A model generated the notes under the pieces. The model was given only the letters and a program-made list of their open reading frames with translations, did no database searches and was not told the DNA's origin. This document shows, in pieces, positions 26,498 to 35,904 of a DNA stretch of 64,000 nt. The stretch spans positions 33,021-97,020 of the forward strand of contig JAQTYZ010000004.1 in assembly GCA_028688055.1 (NCBI GenBank), in the 5' to 3' direction. The position numbers and the translations under genes were made by a program. The DNA comes from Patescibacteria group bacterium (GTDB lineage: Bacteria > Patescibacteriota > Patescibacteriia > Buchananbacterales > UBA6539). Position 1 is the first letter of the stretch, and each line of letters opens with the position of its first letter.

Positions 26498-27085
26498 TTA
26501 CTTGGTAATTGATCGAAAAACTTTTACTGACTCACAATTGATTGATTTCAGTTGTTGGTAAAACGGCGCGACTTCTTGTTTGAATTCCGGCAGACTGATT
26601 TTGGCAAAACCTTTCGCCAGGTGTTTTAAAACCCAGGCCGATTTTTCGCACGGTTCTTTTTTTGACAGCAAACCAAATAACGGCGAATAAATCACCTGCG
26701 CGGCACCGTCGGCTGATGACACAATTTTTTCTTCAATTGAACTCTTGGCTGACGCGCGCGCTGAATGGTTTAAAATGCACGTCACCACTTGCTCGATTTC
26801 ATCATTTTGATAATTCAATTTTTTTAAAATTTTACGCGCCAGAGCCGCTCCCAATTCCTGATGCGGTTTGTCATGATGACCGCGGCCGTGATCGTGCAAC
26901 AACGCCGCCGCCGCGATCACGCGGCGATTACCGCCAAATCTTTTTTGTAAGTCCAGCGCAATTTTATAAACAAAAGCCACATGACAAACGTATTCGTTGG
27001 GGTGCGCTTGATAAACAATTTTTTTCAATTTTTCATCAGCCATAGCAACCCAATAAAATTTACTGTAATAAATAACGCCCATCAT
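26498..27085 (-). CDS. HD-domain phosphohydrolase.
   Basis: H ... LLHDHGRGHHD ... D motif set. Its start overlaps the acyl-CoA synthetase stop (TAATG). Confidence 0.7.
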   Translation of the reverse strand: MMGVIYYSKFYWVAMADEKLKKIVYQAHPNEYVCHVAFVYKIALDLQKRFGGNRRVIAAAALLHDHGRGHHDKPHQELGAALARKILKKLNYQNDEIEQVVTCILNHSARASAKSSIEEKIVSSADGAAQVIYSPLFGLLSKKEPCEKSAWVLKHLAKGFAKISLPEFKQEVAPFYQQLKSINCESVKVFRSITK

Positions 27086-28815
27086 TAATACATTGCGGCC
27101 AGTGATTTTTGGTAATGTTCCTCAATGATTTTCCGTCTTAATTTCAACGTCGGCGTCACCTCGTCTTTATCGGCGGAAAACTCATTGGGCACCAAAATAA
27201 ATTTCCGAATTTTTTCCCACTCCGCTAACTGATCATTAATTTTTTCCAACCGCTGATTAAAAATATTTACAAAATTACTATCTTTAATTAAAACTTCAGG
27301 CTCGCTACTGCTAATTCTAAACGCTGATAAATTATTGGTAATTTCCGACCAATCCGGAACAATCAGAGCTGTGAGATAACTTTTATCGTTGCCATAAACC
27401 ATCGACTGATTAATGAACCGATCATTATTTAAAATAACTTCCAATTGTTCGGGCCAAGCAATTTTGCCATTTGACAGCGAGATCATTTCTTTTTTGCGGC
27501 CGATGATTACCAAATAACCGTCTTGCGTCAGGTGACCCAAATCACCGGTATGAAACCAGCCGTCCTGATCAATAACTTCGGCGGTGAGCGCGTCATTTTT
27601 ATAATAGCCCTTCATCACGTTTGCCCCTTTAACTAAAATCTCTTTGTCCGCGGCGATTTTAACTTCCACGCCGGCTAACTGTTTACCGACAGTGCCAAAT
27701 TTAAAATTGTCCAAACGATTGCAGGTAATGATCGGCGCGGTTTCGGTTAACCCATAACCTTCAACAATCATAATTCCCATCCGCCAGAAAAATCGCGCCA
27801 ACTTATGATTCAGCGTCGCGCCGCCGGAGATTGTCAACCGCAAGCGTCCGCCAAAACCGGCGCGAATTTTTTTAAAAACTAATTGATCAGCGATGAAATG
27901 TCCGATGGTATGCGGCTCTTGCTTTAAGGCCCAGACAAAAATTTTGTATTTTAATTTCGATCCCTGCTTAACCTTTTCCCAAATACCGTTGTGAATTTTT
28001 TCAAAAATTCTTGGAATCGAAACAATAATTGTTGGCTTAATTTCTTTAAAATTCTGCGTCAACGTTTTAATACTCTCCGCGTAAGCGATACAACAACCGC
28101 GACAAACCAGCGGCGCATAATACCCCGCGGTCCGCTCCAATACGTGCGACAACGGCAGAAAAGACAATAACACATCCTGCTCAGTCACTGGCACTGCCGT
28201 TACCGCTTCAATGGCGTTAAACATTAAATTAGCGTGCGTTAACATAACGCCCTTCGGCAGCGCCGTTGTCCCTGACGTATAAACAATACTCGCAACATCA
28301 TCGGGCCTAACCTCAAATTTATAAACATTTTTTGATTCACGGCCTAATTTCATCACCTCGCTAAGGCTAATCAATTTCGGTTGCAGCTGCTGCGAGTTAG
28401 GATCATCTAAATTTAAATAAACAATCATCTCTAACTTTGGTAATTCCGGTGCCACTAACATCAATTTATTAAACTGGATTTGATTTGACACAAAAACAAT
28501 CCGGCTTTCAGAATTGTTTAGAATATGACCAATAATTTTGGACGATAGCGTCGTATGTAACGGCACGGTTACCGCGCCAATTTTCAGCGCTGCTAAATCA
28601 ACTCTCACCCACTCACTACGATTCTCAGACAATATTGCCACTCGATCCCCTTTGATAATTCCCAAATCGCTCAAGCCAACGGCTAAAACCTCAATTCTCC
28701 TCAATAGTTCAGCAAACGACAAACTGATATAGGCGCCTTGATACTTAAATTTAAGCGCCGGCCGCTTTGAAAATTTATTGGCTGTGACCGCAAATTGTTC
28801 AAAAATAGTTTTCAT
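27085..28815 (-). CDS. Long-chain fatty-acid--CoA ligase (AMP-binding family).
   Basis: IVYTSGTTALPKGVMLTHANL AMP-binding motif. GYGLTE and DGWFHTGD motifs are also present. Start set at MKTIFEQF. Confidence 0.8.
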   Translation of the reverse strand: MKTIFEQFAVTANKFSKRPALKFKYQGAYISLSFAELLRRIEVLAVGLSDLGIIKGDRVAILSENRSEWVRVDLAALKIGAVTVPLHTTLSSKIIGHILNNSESRIVFVSNQIQFNKLMLVAPELPKLEMIVYLNLDDPNSQQLQPKLISLSEVMKLGRESKNVYKFEVRPDDVASIVYTSGTTALPKGVMLTHANLMFNAIEAVTAVPVTEQDVLLSFLPLSHVLERTAGYYAPLVCRGCCIAYAESIKTLTQNFKEIKPTIIVSIPRIFEKIHNGIWEKVKQGSKLKYKIFVWALKQEPHTIGHFIADQLVFKKIRAGFGGRLRLTISGGATLNHKLARFFWRMGIMIVEGYGLTETAPIITCNRLDNFKFGTVGKQLAGVEVKIAADKEILVKGANVMKGYYKNDALTAEVIDQDGWFHTGDLGHLTQDGYLVIIGRKKEMISLSNGKIAWPEQLEVILNNDRFINQSMVYGNDKSYLTALIVPDWSEITNNLSAFRISSSEPEVLIKDSNFVNIFNQRLEKINDQLAEWEKIRKFILVPNEFSADKDEVTPTLKLRRKIIEEHYQKSLAAMY

Positions 28816-28870
28816 CTTACTTATTATATAATACTTTCTAAAAAAAGACCCCACTCCCAAGAAAGCAGGG

Positions 28871-29131
28871 CTAATAACTGCGAAAGGTAACGGAAAAATG
28901 TTTAACCTCCTTTTCCCCGCGGGCCTCAAGATTGGCGCAAATCACCCGCGCCGCTGCCTCGGCTGTCTGATAGTTAGGCACAAAACGACGAAAGTGCAAA
29001 ACACACTCGATGTCGCCACTAGGCCACCCAACTTCAGTAACCCGTTGATATCGACCCTTAAACGACAACCGATCTGGCAATGGCGTACCATTAAGCGGCA
29101 CAACAAAAAGGGCAATTTCAAAATGACACAT
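28871..29131 (-). CDS. Small hypothetical protein, GC-rich.
   Basis: 86 aa from MCHFEIAL, with GGAGGG 8 nt upstream. Confidence 0.35.
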   Translation of the reverse strand: MCHFEIALFVVPLNGTPLPDRLSFKGRYQRVTEVGWPSGDIECVLHFRRFVPNYQTAEAAARVICANLEARGEKEVKHFSVTFRSY

Positions 29132-29190
29132 AGGCCACCCTCCATCAACCAAATTATCTATAAGATAGTGCCAAAGCTAAAATACGTCAA

Positions 29191-29970
29191 CTACTCAAAA
29201 CTGTTAATGAAGCGCAAAATCGAACGATAAATCAACCAGCGCTTATCATCAGTTGCCAACGTATGGTGACGACTATTCACCCAAAGGATTCTTTTATCAT
29301 CAGACCCCAAATGTTCATGAAGATAAAACGCTGAAAGCGGATCGACAATCCGATCATCACTCGATTGAATAATCAAAGTCGGCACGATGACTGAATTCAA
29401 GATCGGAATCGTATATTGACTAATAAATTTAAAAAAACGCCTCAGGGAAGGAATGGGCATCACCGTATAGATAATTTGCTCCTGTTCCATATACTCCGAT
29501 TTAAAATGATGGCGTCGTTTTTTTTGATTTTTTTTAAACCAACCATAAGTATACAAGGCCAGCTTAAACAAGCGCTGCCAGCGCAAACGAATCGGCGTGC
29601 CCAGTGAAATAATTCCGTCAATTTTTTCACCCGTGGTGGCCGCCAAGTCAAAAGTTAGGTTACCACCAAACGAACTACCAATAATAAAAATCTTTTTGAC
29701 GCGCGGGCGCAAAAAAAGAAAAGAGTTTAAAACTGAATTTTTCCAATCGTTAATAGTCGACAAGGCTAAATCTTGAGGGGTCGTCCCATGCCCGGCAATT
29801 CGCGGCGCCAGCACCGTAATATTTCTCGACGTTAAGTAGTCAATCAAATCAATAAACTCATACGGTGTACTAGTATAGCTATGAACTAGCAAAACACCAA
29901 CCTCACTACCCCGCTCAACGTAGATCCGTCCCAAAGTATCGCTACCAAAATTATGTTTCTTAAAATTCAT
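29191..29970 (-). CDS. Alpha/beta hydrolase (esterase/lipase-like).
   Basis: GSSFGG nucleophile elbow. Later Asp and His residues are present. Confidence 0.7.
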   Translation of the reverse strand: MNFKKHNFGSDTLGRIYVERGSEVGVLLVHSYTSTPYEFIDLIDYLTSRNITVLAPRIAGHGTTPQDLALSTINDWKNSVLNSFLFLRPRVKKIFIIGSSFGGNLTFDLAATTGEKIDGIISLGTPIRLRWQRLFKLALYTYGWFKKNQKKRRHHFKSEYMEQEQIIYTVMPIPSLRRFFKFISQYTIPILNSVIVPTLIIQSSDDRIVDPLSAFYLHEHLGSDDKRILWVNSRHHTLATDDKRWLIYRSILRFINSFE

Positions 29971-30062
29971 GCTATCACTAATTCTAACAAATTACTGACA
30001 AAATCGAAATTACTCATTTACAAACACCATGATTATGGGTATTATTTATTTTATTCAATTAA

Positions 30063-30136
30063 GCCCTCGTAGCTCAACTGGATAGAGCAGGTCCGTCCTA
30101 AGGACAAGGTTGTAGGTTCAACTCCTGCCGAGGGCA
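30063..30136 (+). tRNA. tRNA-Arg (anticodon CCT).
   Basis: Hand-folded cloverleaf: acceptor GCCCTCG/CGAGGGC, D-arm GCTC..GAGC, anticodon loop GTCCTAA, T-arm GTAGG TTCAACT CCTGC. No encoded CCA. Confidence 0.8.
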
Positions 30137-30140
30137 TTTT

Positions 30141-30216
30141 GGGCCTGTAGCTCAGTTGGTAGAGCGCTACATTCGCATTGTAGAGGTCAGGGGTTCGACT
30201 CCCCTCAGGTCCACCA
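30141..30216 (+). tRNA. tRNA-Ala (anticodon CGC).
   Basis: Acceptor GGGCCTG with G3:U70, anticodon loop TTCGCAT, T-loop TTCGACT. CCA is encoded. Confidence 0.85.
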
Positions 30217-30223
30217 GTTAATT

Positions 30224-30250
30224 AGCGTCGTTTTGCGACGCTTTTTTTTA
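30224..30250 (+). terminator. Rho-independent terminator after the Arg-Ala tRNA pair.
   Basis: AGCGTCG ttttg CGACGCT followed by TTTTTTTT. Confidence 0.7.
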
Positions 30251-30344
30251 TTTAATTTTAGAGAAATTTTAAAATAAACCAAAAAAATTATAAACATATT
30301 TCAGCTAGCTTGACAAATTTAGCTAAATGTTATAGTATTCATAC

Positions 30345-30507
30345 TGCTCTTTTGTTTTAATTGATCACTCCGTGGGCTACCTCTTTGCCCACACAACCCA
30401 TATACGGGTCAAGCTCGCGGTGATGCCCCAAGCATCTGCGAGCCGGGAAGCTCATCCTACTTTACTTGTTGGCGCAAGAGGGTCACGGTGAGCTTCCCTC
30501 TTTTTTC
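30345..30507 (+). ncRNA. Candidate small structured RNA with its own promoter and terminator. Class unknown.
   Basis: TTGACA (30310-30315), 17-nt spacer, TAGTAT. The transcribed region is GC-rich with hairpins (GTGGGC..GCCCAC, GCTCGC..GCGAGC). It ends in a 10-bp GGGAAGCTCA/TGAGCTTCCC stem followed by TCTTTTTT. Confidence 0.3.
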
Positions 30508-30569
30508 ACTTTGACAGTATTTTTTTTTCATTTTATAATAAGTCGGTAATTTATTTATCTTGCTTTTTT

Positions 30570-30645
30570 GGGCCTGTAGCTCAGCTGGTAGAGCGCTTCC
30601 ATGGCATGGAAGAGGCCAGGAGTCCGAGTCTCCTCAGGTCCACCA
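30570..30645 (+). tRNA. tRNA-Ala (anticodon GGC).
   Basis: Acceptor GGGCCTG with G3:U70, anticodon loop ATGGCAT, CCA encoded. The T-loop TCCGAGT is atypical. Confidence 0.8.
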
Positions 30646-31357
30646 AAAAATTGTTCCACGTGGAACTTTTTTTTATTTATTTTTTCTGAGGTTTGTCTAA
30701 CTTTAAGCTAAGATTTGAAGTTTATATAATTTTATAGTTGTGGGCTATAAATAATTAACGCCAGAGAATTATTTATCTGCTTAATATAGTGAATCTTTTT
30801 TCTAGCGACCACTATATAACCAATAATAAATAAAGACCACTGATTTCTGTACTTTGACAACCTTCGCCATTAAAATTAGCTATTGCAGAAGCTTAGCTCT
30901 ATTTTTCAATTTTTGAAGTATTATTATTTAAATATCACAATTTATTAAGATCCTCTAAAATATTATGGCCGCTAAAGACTTTTAATTAATTAGCAGCAAT
31001 ACCTTTTAACAATAAATATTTTTGCTTTCATCAAAAAATTATAAAAACAAAATTGTCCCTTAAGCTAAATGTTCCACGTGGAACATTTTTTTGGAACAAC
31101 AAAATATATGCACGTTAAAAAATTATTTTACTTATTGCAACCGTAATTACCAAAAACTCCTAGGCGTAAATTAAATTTTTTAAAATATCCAAAAAAATTA
31201 TATTACAAATATTATTTAGCCATTTATTTTTTACGCTTCAATTTGTTTCACGCGGAACATTTACAAAAACGAAGCTAGTGCTGGTGATCAATAAAGGTGT
31301 TTATTAATAGCTAAGCTGGATTTAGGCCCGATCATTAAATACTACCCCCCAGTATAA

Positions 31358-31393
31358 ATTATATAATAAACAAGGGCGGAGTAGTGTCCGCCC
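31358..31393 (-). terminator. Terminator downstream of ldh.
   Basis: Minus strand has a GGGCGGA..TCCGCCC stem followed by TTGTTTATTAT. Confidence 0.55.
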
Positions 31394-31399
31394 TTAAAA

Positions 31400-32323
31400 C
31401 TAGATGCCCTTAACCACTTGTTTCAATTTTGTTGACGACTGGGTTAAGAGCTTCTTTTCCGTTGAGGATATTAGCGGATTGACACTAGCGACTAATCCTT
31501 CACTACCGACGATGGCCGGCATGCTAAGGGCTAAATTCTTAATTCCGTATTGACCATTAAGCAAATGCGAGACCGACATTACGGTTCGCTGATCATACAA
31601 AACTGAACGGGCAATTTCGGCAATACCGGCGCCGATGGCGTAATAAGTCGCTTGTTTACCTTCGATAATAGTATAGGCCGCATTCTTGGCCTCATTAAAA
31701 ATTTTCTTTTTCTCAGCCTCGGGAATCTTTTTGAATTTATCAAGTGGCGTATTGCCAACCGTCGCTGTGCTCCAAAGCGGTAGTTCACTATCGCCGTGCT
31801 CGCCAACAATATAGGCGTGAACACTTTTGGGGTTAACTTTCAAATAGCGACCAATCAGAAATCTAAAGCGGGAGGTGTCCAAAACGGTTCCGGAACCAAA
31901 AATTTGACCTTTTTTTTCTGGGTACATTTTAATCGCCAAGTAGGTCAGAATATCAACCGGATTTGTTACCATCAATAAAATAACTTGCGGGTTAGCTTTA
32001 AATACTTCGGGCAGAATACCTTTAACGATGGCCGAATTTTTTTTAACTAAATCAAGCCTTGTTTCACCGGGTTTTTGCGCGGCACCGCAAGTGATAACGA
32101 CCAACTTGCTGTCCTTAATATCAGCATAAGTTCCAACCTTAACCTTAGTATAGCTATAAAAAGGAACGGAGTGTTGTAAATCCATCACCTGCGACGAAAC
32201 TAATTTATCATTAATATCAATTAAGGCGATTTCTTCGGTAATGCCGGATTCAATCATACTAAAGGCGGCCGTGCTGCCAACCATACCAGCGCCGATAATG
32301 GTTACTTTATTTTTTAGTTGCAT
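31400..32323 (-). CDS. ldh: L-lactate dehydrogenase (LDH/MDH family).
   Basis: IIGAGMVGSTAAF Rossmann motif, GEHGDS, and a catalytic His context. Confidence 0.8.
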   Translation of the reverse strand: MQLKNKVTIIGAGMVGSTAAFSMIESGITEEIALIDINDKLVSSQVMDLQHSVPFYSYTKVKVGTYADIKDSKLVVITCGAAQKPGETRLDLVKKNSAIVKGILPEVFKANPQVILLMVTNPVDILTYLAIKMYPEKKGQIFGSGTVLDTSRFRFLIGRYLKVNPKSVHAYIVGEHGDSELPLWSTATVGNTPLDKFKKIPEAEKKKIFNEAKNAAYTIIEGKQATYYAIGAGIAEIARSVLYDQRTVMSVSHLLNGQYGIKNLALSMPAIVGSEGLVASVNPLISSTEKKLLTQSSTKLKQVVKGI

Positions 32324-32418
32324 AAATTTGTGTTTAAGCTTTAGTAGACTTCAGTATAACACTTTGAAAGTATTAAATAAAATTAGCGTCTTGGCGATTT
32401 TTTGTGTAAAATAAAAAG

Positions 32419-33636
32419 ATGAAAACCAAAAAAATTATTGTTCTGGCCGCGATCGCGGCGATTATTTTTCCAAATTTATCAGCGCGGGCGACCGAAAATT
32501 TAGCCGAGCGATTAGCTGGTAAAATTTTACTGCAAGTCGAAAGCTATGGCCGCGCTTGGTATATCAATCCGACAACCAAAGAGCGCTACTATTTGCAAGA
32601 CGGTAACGCCGCTTATGACTTAATGCGTCAGTTAAGTTTAGGTATCAGCAATAAAGACTTGGCCAATATTCCCATCAAGCGCGGCGCTAAAAGCGACGCC
32701 AAATTGGTTAATCGCTTAAAAGGCAAAATTTTACTACAAGTCGAAAGCCATGGGGAAGCGTGGTATGTCAACCCCGTTGACGGGCTGCGCTATTACCTAA
32801 AAGACGGCAACGCCGCTTATGACTTAATGAAAAAATTTGCCATTGGTATTAAAGATAAAGACTTGCGCACCATTCCGATGAATAAAACCCAGCGCGTGAT
32901 GGATACGACTTTCGATGATGTTGCCCACGTGTCGTTTGACGGCACTAATTATGCAGATCAATATCACGCCGACCAAATCTTAGCACCGGCCTCAATGACT
33001 AAGTTGATGACCGCCCTGGTGTTACTTGACCAACAGCTTGATTGGAATCAGATTGTTACCATTATGCCAGAAGACATTGCTTATCCAAAAATCTTTGTCG
33101 GCGATGATACCACCAGTGAAATTGATATTGCCATTGGCGATCAAGTTAGTATCGGGGACTTGTGGGTGGCGATGTTAGTATCATCGTCAAATCAAGCGGC
33201 CGCGGCTCTAACGCGGGTAACCGGCTTGGCCAAACAAGATTTTGTCGCCTTGATGAATCAAAAAGCCGAAAACCTTGGACTAAAAAAAACCTATTTCTAT
33301 GATGTCGCCGGCCTTGATTCACACGACGTAACGACGCCCAAGGAAATGGCCGTCATCGCTTATCATGCTTTTAATATTCCTAAAATCGCGGACACTTCAA
33401 TTATCCGCAGTTACACCCTCAATGTTGTTGACGCCAAAGGCAGCGCTAAGGCCGTTAAGGCGACTAACCGCAACTACAGCTTATTAGCATTTAATCCGCA
33501 AGGAGCAAAAACCGGCTATCTGGTTGAAGCCAAATGCACGGTGGCAGTTAAAATCAACAATGTTATCTATGTGGTGATGCACGCCAATCACGTCGCTAAC
33601 CGTAACAATATCCTCAAAAAAATCATCACCGACTGA
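32419..33636 (+). CDS. D-alanyl-D-alanine carboxypeptidase (S11 family) with an N-terminal tandem 68-aa duplicated domain.
   Basis: Signal peptide, two repeats of GKILLQVESxGxAWYxNP..ExRYYLxDGNAAYDLM ... KDL, then an ASMTK (SxxK) motif. Confidence 0.8.
   Translation: MKTKKIIVLAAIAAIIFPNLSARATENLAERLAGKILLQVESYGRAWYINPTTKERYYLQDGNAAYDLMRQLSLGISNKDLANIPIKRGAKSDAKLVNRLKGKILLQVESHGEAWYVNPVDGLRYYLKDGNAAYDLMKKFAIGIKDKDLRTIPMNKTQRVMDTTFDDVAHVSFDGTNYADQYHADQILAPASMTKLMTALVLLDQQLDWNQIVTIMPEDIAYPKIFVGDDTTSEIDIAIGDQVSIGDLWVAMLVSSSNQAAAALTRVTGLAKQDFVALMNQKAENLGLKKTYFYDVAGLDSHDVTTPKEMAVIAYHAFNIPKIADTSIIRSYTLNVVDAKGSAKAVKATNRNYSLLAFNPQGAKTGYLVEAKCTVAVKINNVIYVVMHANHVANRNNILKKIITD
32518..32925 (+). repeat. 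Intragenic tandem duplication, 2 x 204 bp (68 codons), in the carboxypeptidase gene.
   Basis: 32518-32721 and 32722-32925 align at about 75% nucleotide identity. Confidence 0.8.
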
Positions 33637-33666
33637 GACTTGACACGTGTCCGGGCTCAAATTTTT

Positions 33667-35169
33667 TTAACCAAGGCTCTGGCGCAATTTGCCTGACGCG
33701 ATGATATTGGCACCGAGTTTTTTGCCGCGTCGCCAATCAGTATAAAACTTTGATGACAAAGCCAGATGTTTTTTTGCTTTTGAAGACTTCGGGCCAAACT
33801 CGAGGCCAAAATATTGTTCTAAAATTTCCACGTCGTCCAAAACTTGAGCCCACGCTTTTTTAGTTTTGGCCAGCTTAATCAAATTTTCTTTATTCAAAAA
33901 TTCACCGGCCAAGCTTAAGTCTTTCTTAAAATTTAAATAATATTTTTCCAGTTTAATGCCGCGTTTAGCCAGCTGGACTAAACCACGACCAGTGCCGATA
34001 AATTCCGGTGGTACGCCCAGTGAATATAACACCGCGGTAAAAGGAATCGCGCGCGGCAAGCGTTTTTTTCCAAGCGCGCGCGAATAACCAAACAAACCGA
34101 CATGCAATTTTCGCTCGCGGCGAGTCGGTACCTGCTCGGCCAATTTATTAATCAAGCCCGCCAACGGCTCAACGGTTTGCTGATAAGGTTTCGAAAATAT
34201 TTGGCAAATCTCAGCCGCTTCCGATAATTCACGACGCTGATAAATTTTAATCGGCGTGGTCGGCAATTTTTCATTCAATTTTTTAATGGCTTTTTTTACA
34301 ACCCGTAAATCAAAATCATAACGAAAGGCTGACTGGATATAAACTGTTCTCATCCCCGAGTACTCCGCTAAAAAATCATTAATCCGCTCGGGCGACAAAC
34401 TGCCGCGAAAGGGCAGTGTACCAACCCCAATGGCCGGATAAATTTTAATCCCATGGTCTTGGCCAAAACGATGAAATTCGGACAAGGCGACCTTACCGGC
34501 CACCACCGCCGCGACTAAACCGGCATTCAGCGCCGGATCACTGCGGGCAATATGAAGCCGCAAATAGGCTGGCTGACCCTTAAAACTTGCCAAATGCAGT
34601 TTTAAATAATCATCCAATAAGGCCCGTGACTGTAATAAATTATCAATCCCTTCGATCAGCGGCCAAACATTGAGATAATCAAAATTTGAGTTTTCATTAA
34701 ACAGCTTATTTTTAAACTTTGCCAACTTAGCAAAAGTATTTTGGATATAAATGATATTTTCGGCCTTCACCGTCATTGGTAAAATTACTTCAAACAACGG
34801 TGGCGTGTGAAACTCCAAGTCGCGGGCAAAACTCTCGGCGGTTAATATTCCCATCATCGCGCGCGCCAAGCCATAACCTTTTTCCCGCCAAATATTGGGG
34901 ATGCGAAAAGTCAAAAATTTATCGCGCCCCAGCTGCTGCCGCTTAAAATAAGCATGATATTCGGAAAACATTTTATCAATCACGCCTTCGTCAACATACT
35001 TACCCTCCCAATCCCACATAAATTCCTCGCAATTCAAATCACGGAACGCCGAAACGCTTTCCCTGATTTCCTCTTTGGTCGACACAAAACCATCACCGTC
35101 CTGCTCCCAATAAGGAGCCGCGGCGTTATCAGGATGCTGGGTCGCCATGGTTGCTGGAATATGCCTCAT
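33667..35169 (-). CDS. ppcA: Archaeal-type phosphoenolpyruvate carboxylase (PepcA).
   Basis: 500 aa. An N-terminal IPATMATQHPDN motif and the overall length are typical of archaeal-type PEPC. Confidence 0.85.
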   Translation of the reverse strand: MRHIPATMATQHPDNAAAPYWEQDGDGFVSTKEEIRESVSAFRDLNCEEFMWDWEGKYVDEGVIDKMFSEYHAYFKRQQLGRDKFLTFRIPNIWREKGYGLARAMMGILTAESFARDLEFHTPPLFEVILPMTVKAENIIYIQNTFAKLAKFKNKLFNENSNFDYLNVWPLIEGIDNLLQSRALLDDYLKLHLASFKGQPAYLRLHIARSDPALNAGLVAAVVAGKVALSEFHRFGQDHGIKIYPAIGVGTLPFRGSLSPERINDFLAEYSGMRTVYIQSAFRYDFDLRVVKKAIKKLNEKLPTTPIKIYQRRELSEAAEICQIFSKPYQQTVEPLAGLINKLAEQVPTRRERKLHVGLFGYSRALGKKRLPRAIPFTAVLYSLGVPPEFIGTGRGLVQLAKRGIKLEKYYLNFKKDLSLAGEFLNKENLIKLAKTKKAWAQVLDDVEILEQYFGLEFGPKSSKAKKHLALSSKFYTDWRRGKKLGANIIASGKLRQSLG

Positions 35170-35255
35170 AGTTGTAATAATATCAATAATTCATCAGCAC
35201 GACAATTAATTGCCCAGTTCAGTTGCCAATAATTTTCTGCTATACTGTTAGTAGT

Positions 35256-35486
35256 ATGAAAAAAAATCAAACCAACTATTTGCACCGTCTCCACCGTTTA
35301 GTCGGTCAATTAACCGGCGTGGAAAAATTGGTCACCAACAACGCCGCGGTGGCCGACATTATTCAGCAAATTGAAGCCGTCCGTGGCAGCTTGCGCGGAC
35401 TGGAAAAAGAACTGCTGAGCGAAAAAATAAAAAAAATAAAAGACGCCGACTTAAAGCAAGCCCACGAATATTTGCTTAAACTCTAA
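35256..35486 (+). CDS. CsoR/RcnR/FrmR-family metal-sensing transcriptional repressor.
   Basis: YLHRLHRLVGQLTGVEKLV helical-bundle motif. Start set at MKKNQTNY. Confidence 0.75.
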   Translation: MKKNQTNYLHRLHRLVGQLTGVEKLVTNNAAVADIIQQIEAVRGSLRGLEKELLSEKIKKIKDADLKQAHEYLLKL

Positions 35487-35574
35487 AGACTGGACAAAAT
35501 AAAATCCAGACGCTATAATGATTTTATGTTTAAGCAAATGCTTAATATTTAATTACTAATGCTTGGAGACTCCT

Positions 35575-35904
35575 ATGGCCGAAGTTATCTTAAACGATCA
35601 AAATTTCGATGCTGAAGTTATTAATTCAACAGTGCCAGTGCTAGTTGATTTTTGGGCCCCCTGGTGCGGGCCGTGTAAAATGCAAGGTCCAATTATTGAA
35701 CAGTTGGCGAAAGAGTATGAAGGCAAAAATATTAAAATCGCCAAATTGGACGTTGATACAGCACCAATATCGGCCAGCCGCTTCCACGTGATGAGTATTC
35801 CAACTTTAATGATTTTCAAAGGTGGCCAGCCGCTTGCCCAAATGGTTGGCGTGCAGGATAAATCGACGCTAACAGCCAAGTTAAATCAAATCATCCAAGC
35901 ATGA
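35575..35904 (+). CDS. trxA: Thioredoxin.
   Basis: WAPWCGPCKM active site. GGAG RBS 6 nt upstream of the ATG at 35575. Confidence 0.9.
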   Translation: MAEVILNDQNFDAEVINSTVPVLVDFWAPWCGPCKMQGPIIEQLAKEYEGKNIKIAKLDVDTAPISASRFHVMSIPTLMIFKGGQPLAQMVGVQDKSTLTAKLNQIIQA

